A stretch of 64,000 bases of DNA from an uncultured Verrucomicrobiae bacterium (GTDB lineage Bacteria > Verrucomicrobiota > Verrucomicrobiia > Chthoniobacterales > JAFAMB01): the NCBI GenBank assembly GCA_963762565.1, contig CAVXLD010000012.1, positions 480,001 to 544,000 of the forward strand, given 5' to 3'. Made by a program: the position numbers and the translations under genes. The notes beneath the pieces were generated by a model. It saw nothing but the letters and a program-made list of their open reading frames with translations, did no database searches and was not told where the DNA came from. This document shows, in pieces, positions 18,595 through 28,460 of the stretch; the first letter of the stretch is position 1, and every line of letters begins with the position of its first letter.

Positions 18595-18741
18595 AAGAGG
18601 GGCAAGAAACCAGGCCTTTCTAGAGATTACAACCGCCCCGGTCAATCGCATTCTGGCCATTCGTTTATCCACCAACCGCAAATCACGGAACAAAACCTCG
18701 CGCAGCGGACGCAAAGGACGCAGAGGGAAGAGAGGTGAAAG

Positions 18742-18777
18742 GCCCGCCCTGAGCAAACATCAAGCGCGTCGAATGGG
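18742..18777 (+). repeat. Third mini-element family, GCCYGCCCTGAGC...GTCGAA(T)GGG
   Basis: Other copies at 33346-33380(-) and 59295-59352. Confidence 0.75.
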
Positions 18778-19128
18778 TGATTGTTGATTTCGTGGAGCGC
18801 TGCCTCGCTTGCGAGGCCGACGGTCGGAACAAATCTTTAATAGCCCCGCCTTCGCCAAGCCTACGGCGCGGCAAGCTGCAAAAACCTGTCGCGCCCTAGG
18901 CTTGGCGAAGGCGGAAGGCACAAAAAGCGCAAAAAAAATAAGTCAGAGCGAAGCCTTATGGAAGTGCGACCTGTCCGCCATAGCTGTGGGTCGATGTAGG
19001 CAGCGCTTTTTACCTTTCACTTTTCACTTTTCACCTCTCACCCGTCTTCCCTTTGCGTCCGTAGCGTCCTCTGCGCGAGGTTTTCTTTTGCGTTCTTTGT
19101 GCTCTTTTGCGGCTATTAAGGTTTTCCA

Positions 19129-19219
19129 CCAATCACCAATCGCCAATCACTAATCACTAATCACTAATCACTAATCACCGATCACCGATCACCGATCACC
19201 GATCACCGATCACCGATCA
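19129..19219. repeat. Heptamer tandem array, 13 units (3x CCAATCR, 4x CTAATCA, 6x CCGATCA)
   Basis: Read directly. Shorter arrays of the same family at about 3530, 14030, 14253, 19308, 20593 and many other gaps. Confidence 0.95.
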
Positions 19220-19343
19220 CCGCGGGCATGATAGACCGGACGACGTCCCCTGCGCGAGGTTTTCTTTTGCGTTCTTTGTGCTCTTTTGCGGCTATTAAGG
19301 TTTTCCACCAATCACCAATCACTAATCACCAATCACCGCGGGC

Positions 19344-20282
19344 ATGATAGACCGGACGACAAAAGGCGTTCTGCTGGGCTTTGCCTCCTTTGCCGTGTTC
19401 TCCTTTAGCGACGCCTGCGTCAAGCTGATCAACGGAGGTCTACCCCCTTATGAATCGGCCTTTTTCGGTGCGCTGTTTGGTCTGACCATCCTACCTTTTC
19501 TGTTACGCAAAGGGGATCATTGGATCGATATCATCAGCACAACGAACCTGCCCCTTTGGTTAATCAGATTCCTGGCCTATCCAATGGGCGTGATCGGCAG
19601 TGTTACTGCTTTCAGCCATTTATCAATGGCTGAGGCGTTCGTCCTGATCTTTCTGCAGCCCGCTTATATCACGGTGATGTCAGTCTTTTTCCTGAAGGAA
19701 CAGGTGGCTTGGCGGCGCTGGTGCGCCGTAGCAATTGGTTTCCTCGGAGTGCTGATTGTCCTTAGACCCGGCTTTCGCGCACTTTCAATCGGACATCTCG
19801 GCGCTCTGTTTGCTGGTCTTGGCGGCGCTATCTCCGTAGTGGCTTTCCGAGCGGCCAGAGGCAAAGAAAAGAATATCTCATTATTCGGCGCGGGAATCCT
19901 GGGTGGCGTCATTGTGTGCGGCCTACTGACCCTTCCGCGTTTCACGCTACCTAACGCGGACCAATGGGCGAAATTGGCTGGCTACGGATTGCTCGCCGCG
20001 TTCGCGAACGTGCTGACCATGCGAGCCGCGCGAGAGGCTCCAGCGGCCTATATCGGACCGACCCAATATAGTCAGATGCTTTGGGCGATCCTGCTCGGCT
20101 ATCTCCTGTTCGGCGACAGTGTCAACATACCCATCATGATCGGCATCGTGCTGATCGTAGCTTCAGGCCTCTTAACATTGATGCGCGAAAATGTCCGGGG
20201 AACCCCATTGCCTCCATCCGTCGGCGGGGAGCGCCACGTCGCGGCAGCCTTGGCCCCGGAGAACTCGCAGGAACAAATGTGA
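19344..20282 (+). CDS. EamA/DMT family transporter
   Basis: About 10 TM; FLKEQVAWRRW and PTQYSQMLWA motifs. Confidence 0.92.
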   Translation: MIDRTTKGVLLGFASFAVFSFSDACVKLINGGLPPYESAFFGALFGLTILPFLLRKGDHWIDIISTTNLPLWLIRFLAYPMGVIGSVTAFSHLSMAEAFVLIFLQPAYITVMSVFFLKEQVAWRRWCAVAIGFLGVLIVLRPGFRALSIGHLGALFAGLGGAISVVAFRAARGKEKNISLFGAGILGGVIVCGLLTLPRFTLPNADQWAKLAGYGLLAAFANVLTMRAAREAPAAYIGPTQYSQMLWAILLGYLLFGDSVNIPIMIGIVLIVASGLLTLMRENVRGTPLPPSVGGERHVAAALAPENSQEQM

Positions 20283-20332
20283 TTGGTGATTAGTGACTGG
20301 TGATTGGTGGGAAACCTCGACAGCGACGAAAG

Positions 20333-20458
20333 AGCGAAGCCTAGTAGAGCCGCGTAGCGTTTACCCCGGAGCATTTCGGGGGTGAAATAATTATAGCCTA
20401 GGGTGAGTCCTCGAGCCCTAGGTAAACAGGGAAAAGAGTACCAGCGCTGTAAGCGCGG
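20333..20458 (+). repeat. REP-like family AGCC.CGTAGCGGTGAAAT..ATAGCCTAGGG..CCCTAGG...CAGCGCTGAAAGCGCG
   Basis: Copies at about 20333, 22276, 25845 and 37590; fragments near 31735, 36251 and 41477. Confidence 0.8.
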
Positions 20459-20667
20459 CAGACTCGGTGTCGGCGTGCTGGCGGTCGATCCCGCGTGTGC
20501 GGCCTAGCCATTGTTGCAGGGGTCGCGAGCCTTGTCTGCGTAAATTTCACCCCGGAGAATTTCGGGGCTGCGGTTGATGTTTTTCCCCAACGCCAATCAC
20601 CAATCACCAATCACTAATCACTAATCACTAATCACCCGTCCCCCCTCTGCGCGAGGTTCTGTTCCGA

Positions 20668-22263
20668 TCACTTCTTTTGCAACAGGCTGAGTTCAACCTC
20701 TCTCGATGGTATCGGCGGAAAAAGAAAGGCAATTGCCGGGAACCGTCCCGTGGGAAAGACAAGGGCGGGGAGAGAGTAGTGATGACTCCTTAAAAGCTTG
20801 TAACCTCGACTTTCGATCTCGCCAGATGTCGTACCAAACCATTTCGGCCCAATTTTACTGTCCCAAAACACTATTGTCCCTGCCGGCCCTTTCTCTAAAA
20901 CCGAAAGTAGCTTCTCTCGATTCGTTGCCGGAGGACTATCTTTTAGGTTCCGGTTAAGATCGATACACATCCGGCCGTTGCTCCAGATTAGACCGGGCAG
21001 CGACGAATGCTGCGTTTGTAGCCAGTTCGCCATATCATCGATCGCAACTGCGTCACGCGCCCAAACCATCGAGTCCATGTAATGAACACTCTGCAGAATG
21101 GAAAAAATGATGACTACCCACCCGGCGACTGCCGCAAACGGGCGCAAGCTCTTCACTGAAAAAATTGTGTGCCAACCTTGCAGGGTTAACACAGCAATAG
21201 CCGCAGCAACCGAAACCATGTAACGCGGAAATCCTGCTTCCCCAAAAAGCCCGTACTTAACAAAAACCGAGTGTAACAAAAACAATACCAAGAAAACGGA
21301 CGTGATTAGTATCCAAGAGAGGGAACGGAATCCTCGTACCAAACCGACAATGAAGGGAACGATTAAAATGACACCCGCAAACTCTTGGCTACGCTGCGCG
21401 TAACTAAGAAACGTACCATGCCCATACATATCGGTGTGCCAAGTAGCGGGCCAATTATGCAAGATAAAGAGCGAATCACCGGTTAAGAGCAAAGCAGCCA
21501 ACCACCAGAGTACGACCCCGCTGGCGAGGATAACGATCGATCCCAACCGACGAAGTATCCCTTGGAGCGCTGCCTCGCTCTTGTCCTCCGACTTGTCCGA
21601 CGAAGCCTTGGCGAAGTCGGAAGCTTTAGCGAAGGAGGATGCGAGACCGTCGTGGCGTTCCCCGTCCGCCAAACACCGAACGCCGACTTGTCCTCCGAAG
21701 CCTTGGCGAAGGAGGAACTCCAACCGCCAAACGTCAAACGCCACCCATAAACCCCAAAGAAGACAGACAAATACTCCTTCCGGCCGGGCGAGAGGAAGAA
21801 GCGATGCAACTAACATCCCCGATTTTACCCGACCGCTAATATGACACCGAAGCGCGATCACTAGAAGTAGAGCAAACAACGGCTCGGTGAACAGACTCGA
21901 GTAAAGTTCGAAGAATGTCTGTTGACCAAGGAGCAGCGGTATTACCAGCCAAGCGCGCGACAAGTCTAGATCAGAAGCCAGCCGATAAGTCTGCCAGGCA
22001 ACGGCCACGCTGATAGCCAGAGCAAAGAATCGCGCTGGGACAAAACCGAGCGCGGCCACCGGTGCAAAAAGCGTGGTAAACAACGGACGCCCCCAGACAT
22101 CAACAAAATAAAAATGATCAACCCAGGCCGTACGAGCCATCAAGAAATGGTAATCGACATCTTGTTCCGGTGACCCTGGGAAAAGAAAAATCAACAGAAC
22201 ACCGATGACCGCCATGAATACCACGGCAATCAGCGCACGCCGCGAATCATCGACTTGTTGCAT
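20668..22263 (-). CDS. Multi-pass membrane protein, GT-C glycosyltransferase-like, with a repeat-derived in-frame insertion of about 60 aa
   Basis: WGRPLFT, FTEPLF, LARPEG and FPRY motifs with many TMs; hydrophilic insert LLRQGFGGQ...SSFAKASDFAKASSDKSEDK. Confidence 0.75.
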   Translation of the reverse strand: MQQVDDSRRALIAVVFMAVIGVLLIFLFPGSPEQDVDYHFLMARTAWVDHFYFVDVWGRPLFTTLFAPVAALGFVPARFFALAISVAVAWQTYRLASDLDLSRAWLVIPLLLGQQTFFELYSSLFTEPLFALLLVIALRCHISGRVKSGMLVASLLPLARPEGVFVCLLWGLWVAFDVWRLEFLLRQGFGGQVGVRCLADGERHDGLASSFAKASDFAKASSDKSEDKSEAALQGILRRLGSIVILASGVVLWWLAALLLTGDSLFILHNWPATWHTDMYGHGTFLSYAQRSQEFAGVILIVPFIVGLVRGFRSLSWILITSVFLVLFLLHSVFVKYGLFGEAGFPRYMVSVAAAIAVLTLQGWHTIFSVKSLRPFAAVAGWVVIIFSILQSVHYMDSMVWARDAVAIDDMANWLQTQHSSLPGLIWSNGRMCIDLNRNLKDSPPATNREKLLSVLEKGPAGTIVFWDSKIGPKWFGTTSGEIESRGYKLLRSHHYSLPALVFPTGRFPAIAFLFPPIPSREVELSLLQKK

Positions 22264-22567
22264 ACGGACTGGAAGAGCGGAGCCTAGTAGAGGTGCGAAG
22301 CACTGGAAAGAATTTAGCCTAGGGTGAAGCCCTAGGTATTCGATTTAAAAAACGCCCGGCGCTGAAGGCGCGCAAGAAATGTTGTCCCAAAGAACCCTTT
22401 GTGATTTCCCACGTGTTCTTGCCTAGCGACATCTTCCCACCAATCACGAATCACCAATCACCTTTCGCGCTCTTCCCGCCCCTATCTGCTTAAATTTCAC
22501 CCCGGAGAATTTCGGGGCTGCGGTTAGTCTGTCTTTCTTCGGGTGCACCATTCCCCCTGAGCGGCCA

Positions 22568-22900
22568 CTAACCAATCAACGCACGTAACTTGGCTCGGAC
22601 TTCGGCCAACTCAGCCGATGTTACCCGGCCTTTTGGCTGCGCCTTACCTTCGCGCCAATCGAGACTCTTCACCTGATCGGCTAGCACAACGCTGGAAGGC
22701 AAACCACCGATCTGGACCTCGAATGGATAACCCTTAATGTGGGTTGTTAGCGGACAACAGATTAGCAGACCAGCTTTCCGGTTGTACGCCGCCGGGCTAA
22801 GTACGAGCGCCGGACGATGCCCAGCCTGTTCGTAACCGGCCTGTGGCGTAAAATTCAGCCAGACGATCTCGCCGGCATCGGGCACGTATCCTCGCGCCAT
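22568..22900 (-). CDS. mazF: MazF/PemK endoribonuclease toxin
   Basis: YVPDAGEIVWLNFTPQAGYEQAGHRPALVLSP, ADQVKSLDWR. Confidence 0.95.
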   Translation of the reverse strand: MARGYVPDAGEIVWLNFTPQAGYEQAGHRPALVLSPAAYNRKAGLLICCPLTTHIKGYPFEVQIGGLPSSVVLADQVKSLDWREGKAQPKGRVTSAELAEVRAKLRALIG

Positions 22901-23142
22901 TACCAGGATTCTTCCCCTTGCGGAGACCCGGAATCGACCGCTTCATGCAAATTCTTCGGAGTTATCCGATCCACTAGCTCGTCTAGATCGTATCCCTTAG
23001 ACCGCACGGGTTTGAGAATGATCTTGCTTCCCTTTTCGGAAATATCGACGAGATCTTCGATTCGGATATCGGCAGCCTCCAAAATCGTTGCCGGAATTCG
23101 CACCGCCGCGCTATTACCCCATTTTTTTACCGTCGTTCTCAT
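22900..23142 (-). CDS. mazE: MazE/AbrB-fold antitoxin
   Basis: VKKWGNSAAVRIP, ITPKNLHE; overlaps the toxin start. Confidence 0.93.
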   Translation of the reverse strand: MRTTVKKWGNSAAVRIPATILEAADIRIEDLVDISEKGSKIILKPVRSKGYDLDELVDRITPKNLHEAVDSGSPQGEESW

Positions 23143-23145
23143 AGC

Positions 23146-23168
23146 GAGTATATACATCGTATATACTC
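23146..23168. promoter_or_regulatory. Putative mazEF autoregulatory operator
   Basis: Perfect inverted repeat GAGTATATAC-atc-GTATATACTC, 3 nt upstream of mazE. Confidence 0.7.
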
Positions 23169-23431
23169 ATAAGCGACTATTAGACAACCAAAAACCAATT
23201 GGGCGCTTCCTTCCCCAAAACCCATTTCACCCCGGAGAATTTCGGGGCTGCGGTTAGATCTGTCTTTCTTCGCTTCGATTCGTCGCCCGTCGCGCCGTAG
23301 GCTTTGCGGAGGCGGATTCATTCGCGGTCCGTCTTCAATCTGTCATTTGTCATTTGTCATCTGTCATACGCGTAGCGCCCTGCGGTTCGTGTTTTATTAG
23401 GCTTTTCGATTTAAGGTTATGATTGAGCCCA

Positions 23432-24682
23432 ATGGACCCGATTGATCCAGTCTCGGCCCCGCGGGGCTGCGCTTTGAGAAGCACGGCGGTGACACCCGAA
23501 GCTTATCGGGCACTATGGGGGTCCGCCCTTGGATATGCCATGGACGGGTTCGATCTCCTGATCCTTGGCTTCATGCTACGCCAGATTGCGAGTGACCTTC
23601 ATTTGAACGCTCCGCAGGCCGGGTCTCTGGTAACGGTAACACTCATTGGTGCGGTAGCTGGCGGTCTGCTGTTCGGTCTGCTCTCGGACCGGCTTGGACG
23701 GATCCGGGTATTGACCTGGACGATCGTTGTGTTCGCGGTGTTCACCGGCCTTTGCGCGTTCGCCCAAGATTATTGGGACCTTTTGGTTTATCGCGCCTTA
23801 GCCGGATTTGGGCTCGGTGGCGAGTTCGGGATCGGGATGGCGTTAGTCGCGGAAGCATGGCCGGCAGCAAAACGTGCCCGCGCATCATCCTACGTCGGGC
23901 TCGGCTGGCAATTCGGTGTCCTGGGCGCAGCGCTGGCGACACCGGCATTACTGCCGATCATCGGCTGGCGAGGAATGTTCGTGCTCGGCCTCTTTCCGGC
24001 CGCAGTCGCGTACGTAATCCGCCGCCACCTGGACGAACCGGAAGTGTTTACGGCCCGAGCCCATCATCAGCTTCCGTTATTCACCCGTTTACGGATGCTG
24101 ATAGACGATCGGGCAACGGCCCAAGTAAGTCTGGCCATGACGATCCTCTGCTCCGTGCAAAACTTTGGCTATTACGGCGTGATGATCTGGTTACCAAATT
24201 ATCTCTGTGGACGGTTCGGTTACAGTTTAACTCAGTCTGCCATATGGACTGCCGTAACCGTGGGCGGAATGATAGCCGGCATCTGGATCTTTGGCCACGT
24301 AGCCGACCGTCTCGGCCGGCGTCCGGCATTTGTTATCTATATGCTAGGTGCGGCGGTTTTAGTTATTGCCTACTCGCGTCTCACCGATGCAATCGCCTTG
24401 CTGGTAACAGGCGCAATCATGGGGTTCTTTGTTAACGGAATGCTGGGGGGTTACGGAGCGCTGATGAGTGAGTTATATCCTACGGAGGTCCGGGCGACAG
24501 CCCAAAACGTCTTGTTCAATCTCGGCCGAGCCATTGGCGGTCTAGGACCGGTTACCGTTGGAGCCGTGACCCTATGGTGGGGATTCCCCGTTGCCATCGC
24601 ATTACTCGCGTTGCTCTACCTGCTCGATCTTATCGTACTGCTGCTGTTCATCCCGGAAAAGCGCGGCGCAGAGGTGGGTTAG
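23432..24682 (+). CDS. MFS transporter (aromatic acid / sialate-like)
   Basis: GYAMDGFD, GLLSDRLGR, GLGGEFG, SELYPTEVRAT. Confidence 0.92.
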   Translation: MDPIDPVSAPRGCALRSTAVTPEAYRALWGSALGYAMDGFDLLILGFMLRQIASDLHLNAPQAGSLVTVTLIGAVAGGLLFGLLSDRLGRIRVLTWTIVVFAVFTGLCAFAQDYWDLLVYRALAGFGLGGEFGIGMALVAEAWPAAKRARASSYVGLGWQFGVLGAALATPALLPIIGWRGMFVLGLFPAAVAYVIRRHLDEPEVFTARAHHQLPLFTRLRMLIDDRATAQVSLAMTILCSVQNFGYYGVMIWLPNYLCGRFGYSLTQSAIWTAVTVGGMIAGIWIFGHVADRLGRRPAFVIYMLGAAVLVIAYSRLTDAIALLVTGAIMGFFVNGMLGGYGALMSELYPTEVRATAQNVLFNLGRAIGGLGPVTVGAVTLWWGFPVAIALLALLYLLDLIVLLLFIPEKRGAEVG

Positions 24683-24686
24683 TGAA

Positions 24687-24801
24687 CGCAAAGAGAAGAC
24701 AACAACCGCAGACGGACCCGCCTCCGCAAGGCCTTCGTAGCTTGCCGCGCCGTAGGCCTTGCGGAGGCGGGTCCATCTGCGGTTGTTGTCTTTTCTTTGC
24801 G
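24687..24801. repeat. Long palindrome (51-bp arms, 3 mismatches, 13-nt loop) between convergent genes
   Basis: 24687-24737 is the reverse complement of 24751-24801. Confidence 0.9.
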
Positions 24802-24917
24802 GCTTTGCGTCCTTGGCCGACGTAGCTAAAGGGGGAGATGGGGCGTAGTCTGCTTTGCGTGAGATTTTTCTTCGTCTTATCTTTGTGTCCTCTGTGTCTT
24901 TGTAGTGAAATTTGCGG

Positions 24918-25742
24918 CTATTCTAAAAAGAGGTCGGTGATCAATTCTTGTCGCGGATCAACCGCATAACCACTGAAATCGGTGACACCTGCTTCCCGCA
25001 AAACATCTTCGTCAATACAGAACTGCCCGGTAAAGCTTCTCGAGTCACGAGTTAGTATCACCTGCGCGGCGTCAGCCACAATTTCAGGGTTCCTACAACG
25101 GCTCTGCTCGATGCCTGGTATCAAGTTAAGCGCAGCCGTTCGAATGATGGTCTTCGGCCAGAGACAGTTAAACGCGACCCCGGCGTCCTTCCATTCGGCA
25201 GCAAGACCGAAGCTAACCATAGCCATAGCAAACTTAGAAACCGTGTAAGCGGTATGCTGCGCAAACCACCGCTGAGCCATCGAGATGGGAGGCGCTAACG
25301 TTAAAACGTGAGGATTTTCCCGGCCGATCAAATGAGGGAGACAGAGTTTCGAACAGAGGAATGTCCCGCGAACATTAACCTGCTGCATAAGATCGAATCG
25401 CTTGAGTTCAGTTACATCTGCCCGGGTCAACTGAATCGCGCTGGCATTGTTAACCAGAATATCGATTCCCCCAAAGGTCTTGACGCATTCCGCCACCGCA
25501 TACGCAACCTGTTCATCTGATCGAATGTCTACCGCCAACGGCAACGCTTTCCCGCCAGCCTGTTCGATCTGTTCCGCAGCCGTGTAAATGGTACCGGCCA
25601 ATCGGGGATGCGGCGTCACGGTTTTCGCAACCACCGCGACGTTAGCTCCGTCTCTAGCCGCCCGTAGCGCAATCGCCAGCCCAATCCCGCGACTGGCGCC
25701 GGTAATGAAGAGAGTACGACCCTTTAGGCTACGCTGTTCCAC
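24918..25742 (-). CDS. SDR oxidoreductase (HSDL2-like)
   Basis: ITGASRGIG, ILVNNASAI, YTVSK. Confidence 0.92.
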   Translation of the reverse strand: MEQRSLKGRTLFITGASRGIGLAIALRAARDGANVAVVAKTVTPHPRLAGTIYTAAEQIEQAGGKALPLAVDIRSDEQVAYAVAECVKTFGGIDILVNNASAIQLTRADVTELKRFDLMQQVNVRGTFLCSKLCLPHLIGRENPHVLTLAPPISMAQRWFAQHTAYTVSKFAMAMVSFGLAAEWKDAGVAFNCLWPKTIIRTAALNLIPGIEQSRCRNPEIVADAAQVILTRDSRSFTGQFCIDEDVLREAGVTDFSGYAVDPRQELITDLFLE

Positions 25743-26208
25743 AAGTCAGACCTTAATGATCTCGCGCCAACACGGCAAAGACGAACCGCAGATGGACGCA
25801 CAGGGGGAGGGTGAAAGGTGATTGGTGAAAGGTGAAAGGTAAAAAGCGGAGCCTAATAAAGCCGCGTAGCGGTGAAATATTTATAGCCTAGGGTGAGTCT
25901 GCGAGCCCTAGGAAAGCATCCAAAAGACCGCCCAGCGCTGAAAGCGCGCAAGAATCGCATCCCGAAGACCCACGACTCGCAAGCTCAATCTAGGCTCTCC
26001 TGTAACAGACCCATCTGCGTAAATCTGCATAAATTTCGCCCCGGAGAATTTCGGGGCTGCGGTTGTTGTCTTCTCTTTGCGGCTTTGCGTCTTGGCGTGA
26101 GATTTTCTCTTCGTCTTTTTTTGCGTTCTTTGTGTTCTTTTGCGGCTATTTCACCTTTCGAGATCGGAGCGCTTCGGCTATTGGTTATTAGAGATTCGCG
26201 AAGCGATT

Positions 26209-26529
26209 ATGTCTCTTTCTCGCATCATATTCCGCGATGTGCCCATAAATGCCTGGATCGATCGCTATGAAACGAGCCATCGGAACCCAGTTAACCGCGT
26301 CTTTCACACGTTTGGTATTCCCATGATCGCGGTTTCAATCCCGCTTTTCCTATTAGCTCCCCTGATTCGAGGATTTTGGAGAATCCCGCTGTCACTGTTT
26401 ACCTTGGGTTGGATCTGCCAATTTCTCGGACATATTGCCGAAGGCAAGCCACCAGAATTCCTCAAAGACTGGCGTTTTCTGTTGGTCGGACTTCGTTGGT
26501 GGCTGAGGACGATAGGTGATGCGAAATAA
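26209..26529 (+). CDS. DUF962 / Mpo1-like small membrane protein
   Basis: YETSHRNPVNRVFHTFGIP, QFLGHIAEGKPP. Confidence 0.85.
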   Translation: MSLSRIIFRDVPINAWIDRYETSHRNPVNRVFHTFGIPMIAVSIPLFLLAPLIRGFWRIPLSLFTLGWICQFLGHIAEGKPPEFLKDWRFLLVGLRWWLRTIGDAK

Positions 26530-26742
26530 CTGAGCCAGACTGCAGGTACCCCGCGATTCTTTTCCAGTTGTACCAAGTTTCCAAAGGCGGAGCGCTTACA
26601 AGTCACCTATTGGACTTCCTACGCCTCGCAAGCTCACTCCCGCGGCCGTGGAAAGGCACCGCTCCAAGGGCCCCCTATCTGCGTCCATTTCACCCCGGAG
26701 AATTTCGGGGCTGCGGTTAGTGTTTTATTTTGCGCGTCAACT

Positions 26743-27408
26743 ATGGCATTGAGGGCGATGCCACGATCAGGCTCGCAAGAAAGGGTTCAATCGGTTGGTG
26801 AAGAAATTGCCAACAGCGTCAGCTCCGGAATTTCATTGCTGGCCATCCTCTGCGGAATCCCTTTTCTCATCAGATCGGCGGCGCAACATGGAAGTAAACT
26901 GAGTCTAGCCGGTGTGATCGTCTTCGCGATCGCGATGGGGTTACTTTACCTGGCCTCCACCATCTATCATGCATGGCCGCGAACCGATCTGAAAAAACTC
27001 TTCCGCCTGTTCGACCACTCCGCGATCTTTCTTCTCATAGCCGGTACGTATACCCCATTCGCTCTCGGACCGTTGCGTGGGGTTTGGGGTTGGGTACTTC
27101 TCGGTACGGTTTGGTGTTTGGCGTTTTTGGGAATCGGGTTCAGAGCAATCGGCGGATTAAGATACCGGTGGATCTCGATTTGCTTGTATGTCGGTATGGG
27201 CTGGATGGCCGTTTTCGCGATTCGCCTGTTTTGGGTGTACGTACCGCTCGCCGGATTACTCTGGCTGGCCGCCGGCGGACTTGCTTACACCGGCGGGATC
27301 GCTTTCTACCTGGCCAAGCAGCTCCGTTATAGCCATTTCATCTGGCATCTGTTTGTCGCCACCGGAACCGCTTGCCACTTCTTCGCCGTCCTCTGGTACG
27401 CAGGCTAA
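26743..27408 (+). CDS. Hemolysin III / PAQR family membrane protein
   Basis: EEIANS, STIYH, DHSAIFLLIAGTYTP, HFIWHLFV. Confidence 0.93.
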   Translation: MALRAMPRSGSQERVQSVGEEIANSVSSGISLLAILCGIPFLIRSAAQHGSKLSLAGVIVFAIAMGLLYLASTIYHAWPRTDLKKLFRLFDHSAIFLLIAGTYTPFALGPLRGVWGWVLLGTVWCLAFLGIGFRAIGGLRYRWISICLYVGMGWMAVFAIRLFWVYVPLAGLLWLAAGGLAYTGGIAFYLAKQLRYSHFIWHLFVATGTACHFFAVLWYAG

Positions 27409-27837
27409 ATAGACGTCTCAACCTGGCTTCATTTGCACGTCCACGCAGAGAGCCAGCACCCAGCGCCATCGTCCTCGTTCTCGTCGTCGTCCTCGTCCTC
27501 GACATCGCGTTGCTAGGTCCCTGGCGTGTGCGCCCCAACGGCTCGAACAGGGCCCCTGATCGCCTCGGGCTTGTGGTTCCAGTTGCCGAGGGGCTGCGCG
27601 TTTACAAAAGAATGTTTTTCACGGCAAACGCCACGAAGGCCTCAAAGATGTGAGACTGGAAATCCGTCTTTGCGGCCTTTGCTCGCCCTTTGCGAGAGTT
27701 CGCGCCGCCGTTACTCGCGGCTTGCGAATATCTGCTGGACAACACAGTGACTTTCGACGTAAAGATCGCCAAGTGATCGTCCGTCGATTCTGACGGGCGC
27801 TCGAGCATTCAAGCAATCCTTAGCGCCCGATCACGCT

Positions 27838-27876
27838 GGGCAGCTGCCACCCGAAAGTGCAGCTGCCCTTTTTTTT
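27838..27876 (+). terminator. Intrinsic terminator-like hairpin
   Basis: GGGCAGCTGC...GCAGCTGCCC 10-bp stem followed by T8. Confidence 0.7.
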
Positions 27877-27990
27877 GCGCTTTTTGTGCCTTCCGCCTTC
27901 GCCAAGCCTGCGGCGCGACAGGTTTTTGCGGCTATTAAAGGTTTTCCACCAATCACTAATCACCACTCACCAATCACGTTCTTCCTTTGC

Positions 27991-28158
27991 CTACACGCGG
28001 CGCAAAAGCCTCCTAACGACCGCCTCCAAGCAACACAGTAATACCAGGAGCAGTATCAAGAATGGCGCCAGGACACATCCAGCGCACCCGCACCCGGGAC
28101 GCCGGGAGGGCGAAGAGTCGATACGAATTCGAGGAGGTCTTCGGAAGCGTAATCCCAC
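27991..28158 (-). CDS. Possible 55-aa single-TM protein
   Basis: GTG start; MGLRFRRPPRIRIDSSPSRRPGCGCAGCVLAPFLILLLVLLCCLEAVVRRLLRRV. Confidence 0.35.
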   Translation of the reverse strand: MGLRFRRPPRIRIDSSPSRRPGCGCAGCVLAPFLILLLVLLCCLEAVVRRLLRRV

Positions 28159-28237
28159 TGCCTAAAAACATAGTCCGATTGTTCCTTGGGGTAAACCACC
28201 GTTCACAAGGCTCTTCGTTCTCGTCCTCGTCCTTCCG

Positions 28238-28356
28238 CCTTCGCCGGTTCATCGCTGTGGAGCGCGCCTCGCTTGCGAGGCCGACATTGAGCGGGTGGCG
28301 ACATAGAGATTGGGCTACGGCGGACAGGCCGTCCTCGAATCCGGCCACGCGGAGTG
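28238..28356 (+). repeat. About 115-bp composite repeat (second copy 48254-48372)
   Basis: Both share CATTGAGCGGGTGGCGACATAGAGATTGGGCTACGGCGGACAGGC.GTCCTCGAATCCGGCCACGCGGAGTG after a REP-like unit. Confidence 0.9.
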
Positions 28357-28460
28357 CCTTCGGCATCTCCAACCCCGCGGCCGCGCGGTGCTTTTCGGAC
28401 TTCGCGCAGCACTCCTCACTCCATCACTCCATCGCTCCGCGTGGCCGGATTCGTTGAAGG

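Noticed and set aside
12775..19080. Composite transposon carrying the RND pump
   Set aside because: The flanking direct repeats have no transposase, TIRs or target duplication; kept only as a recombination substrate.
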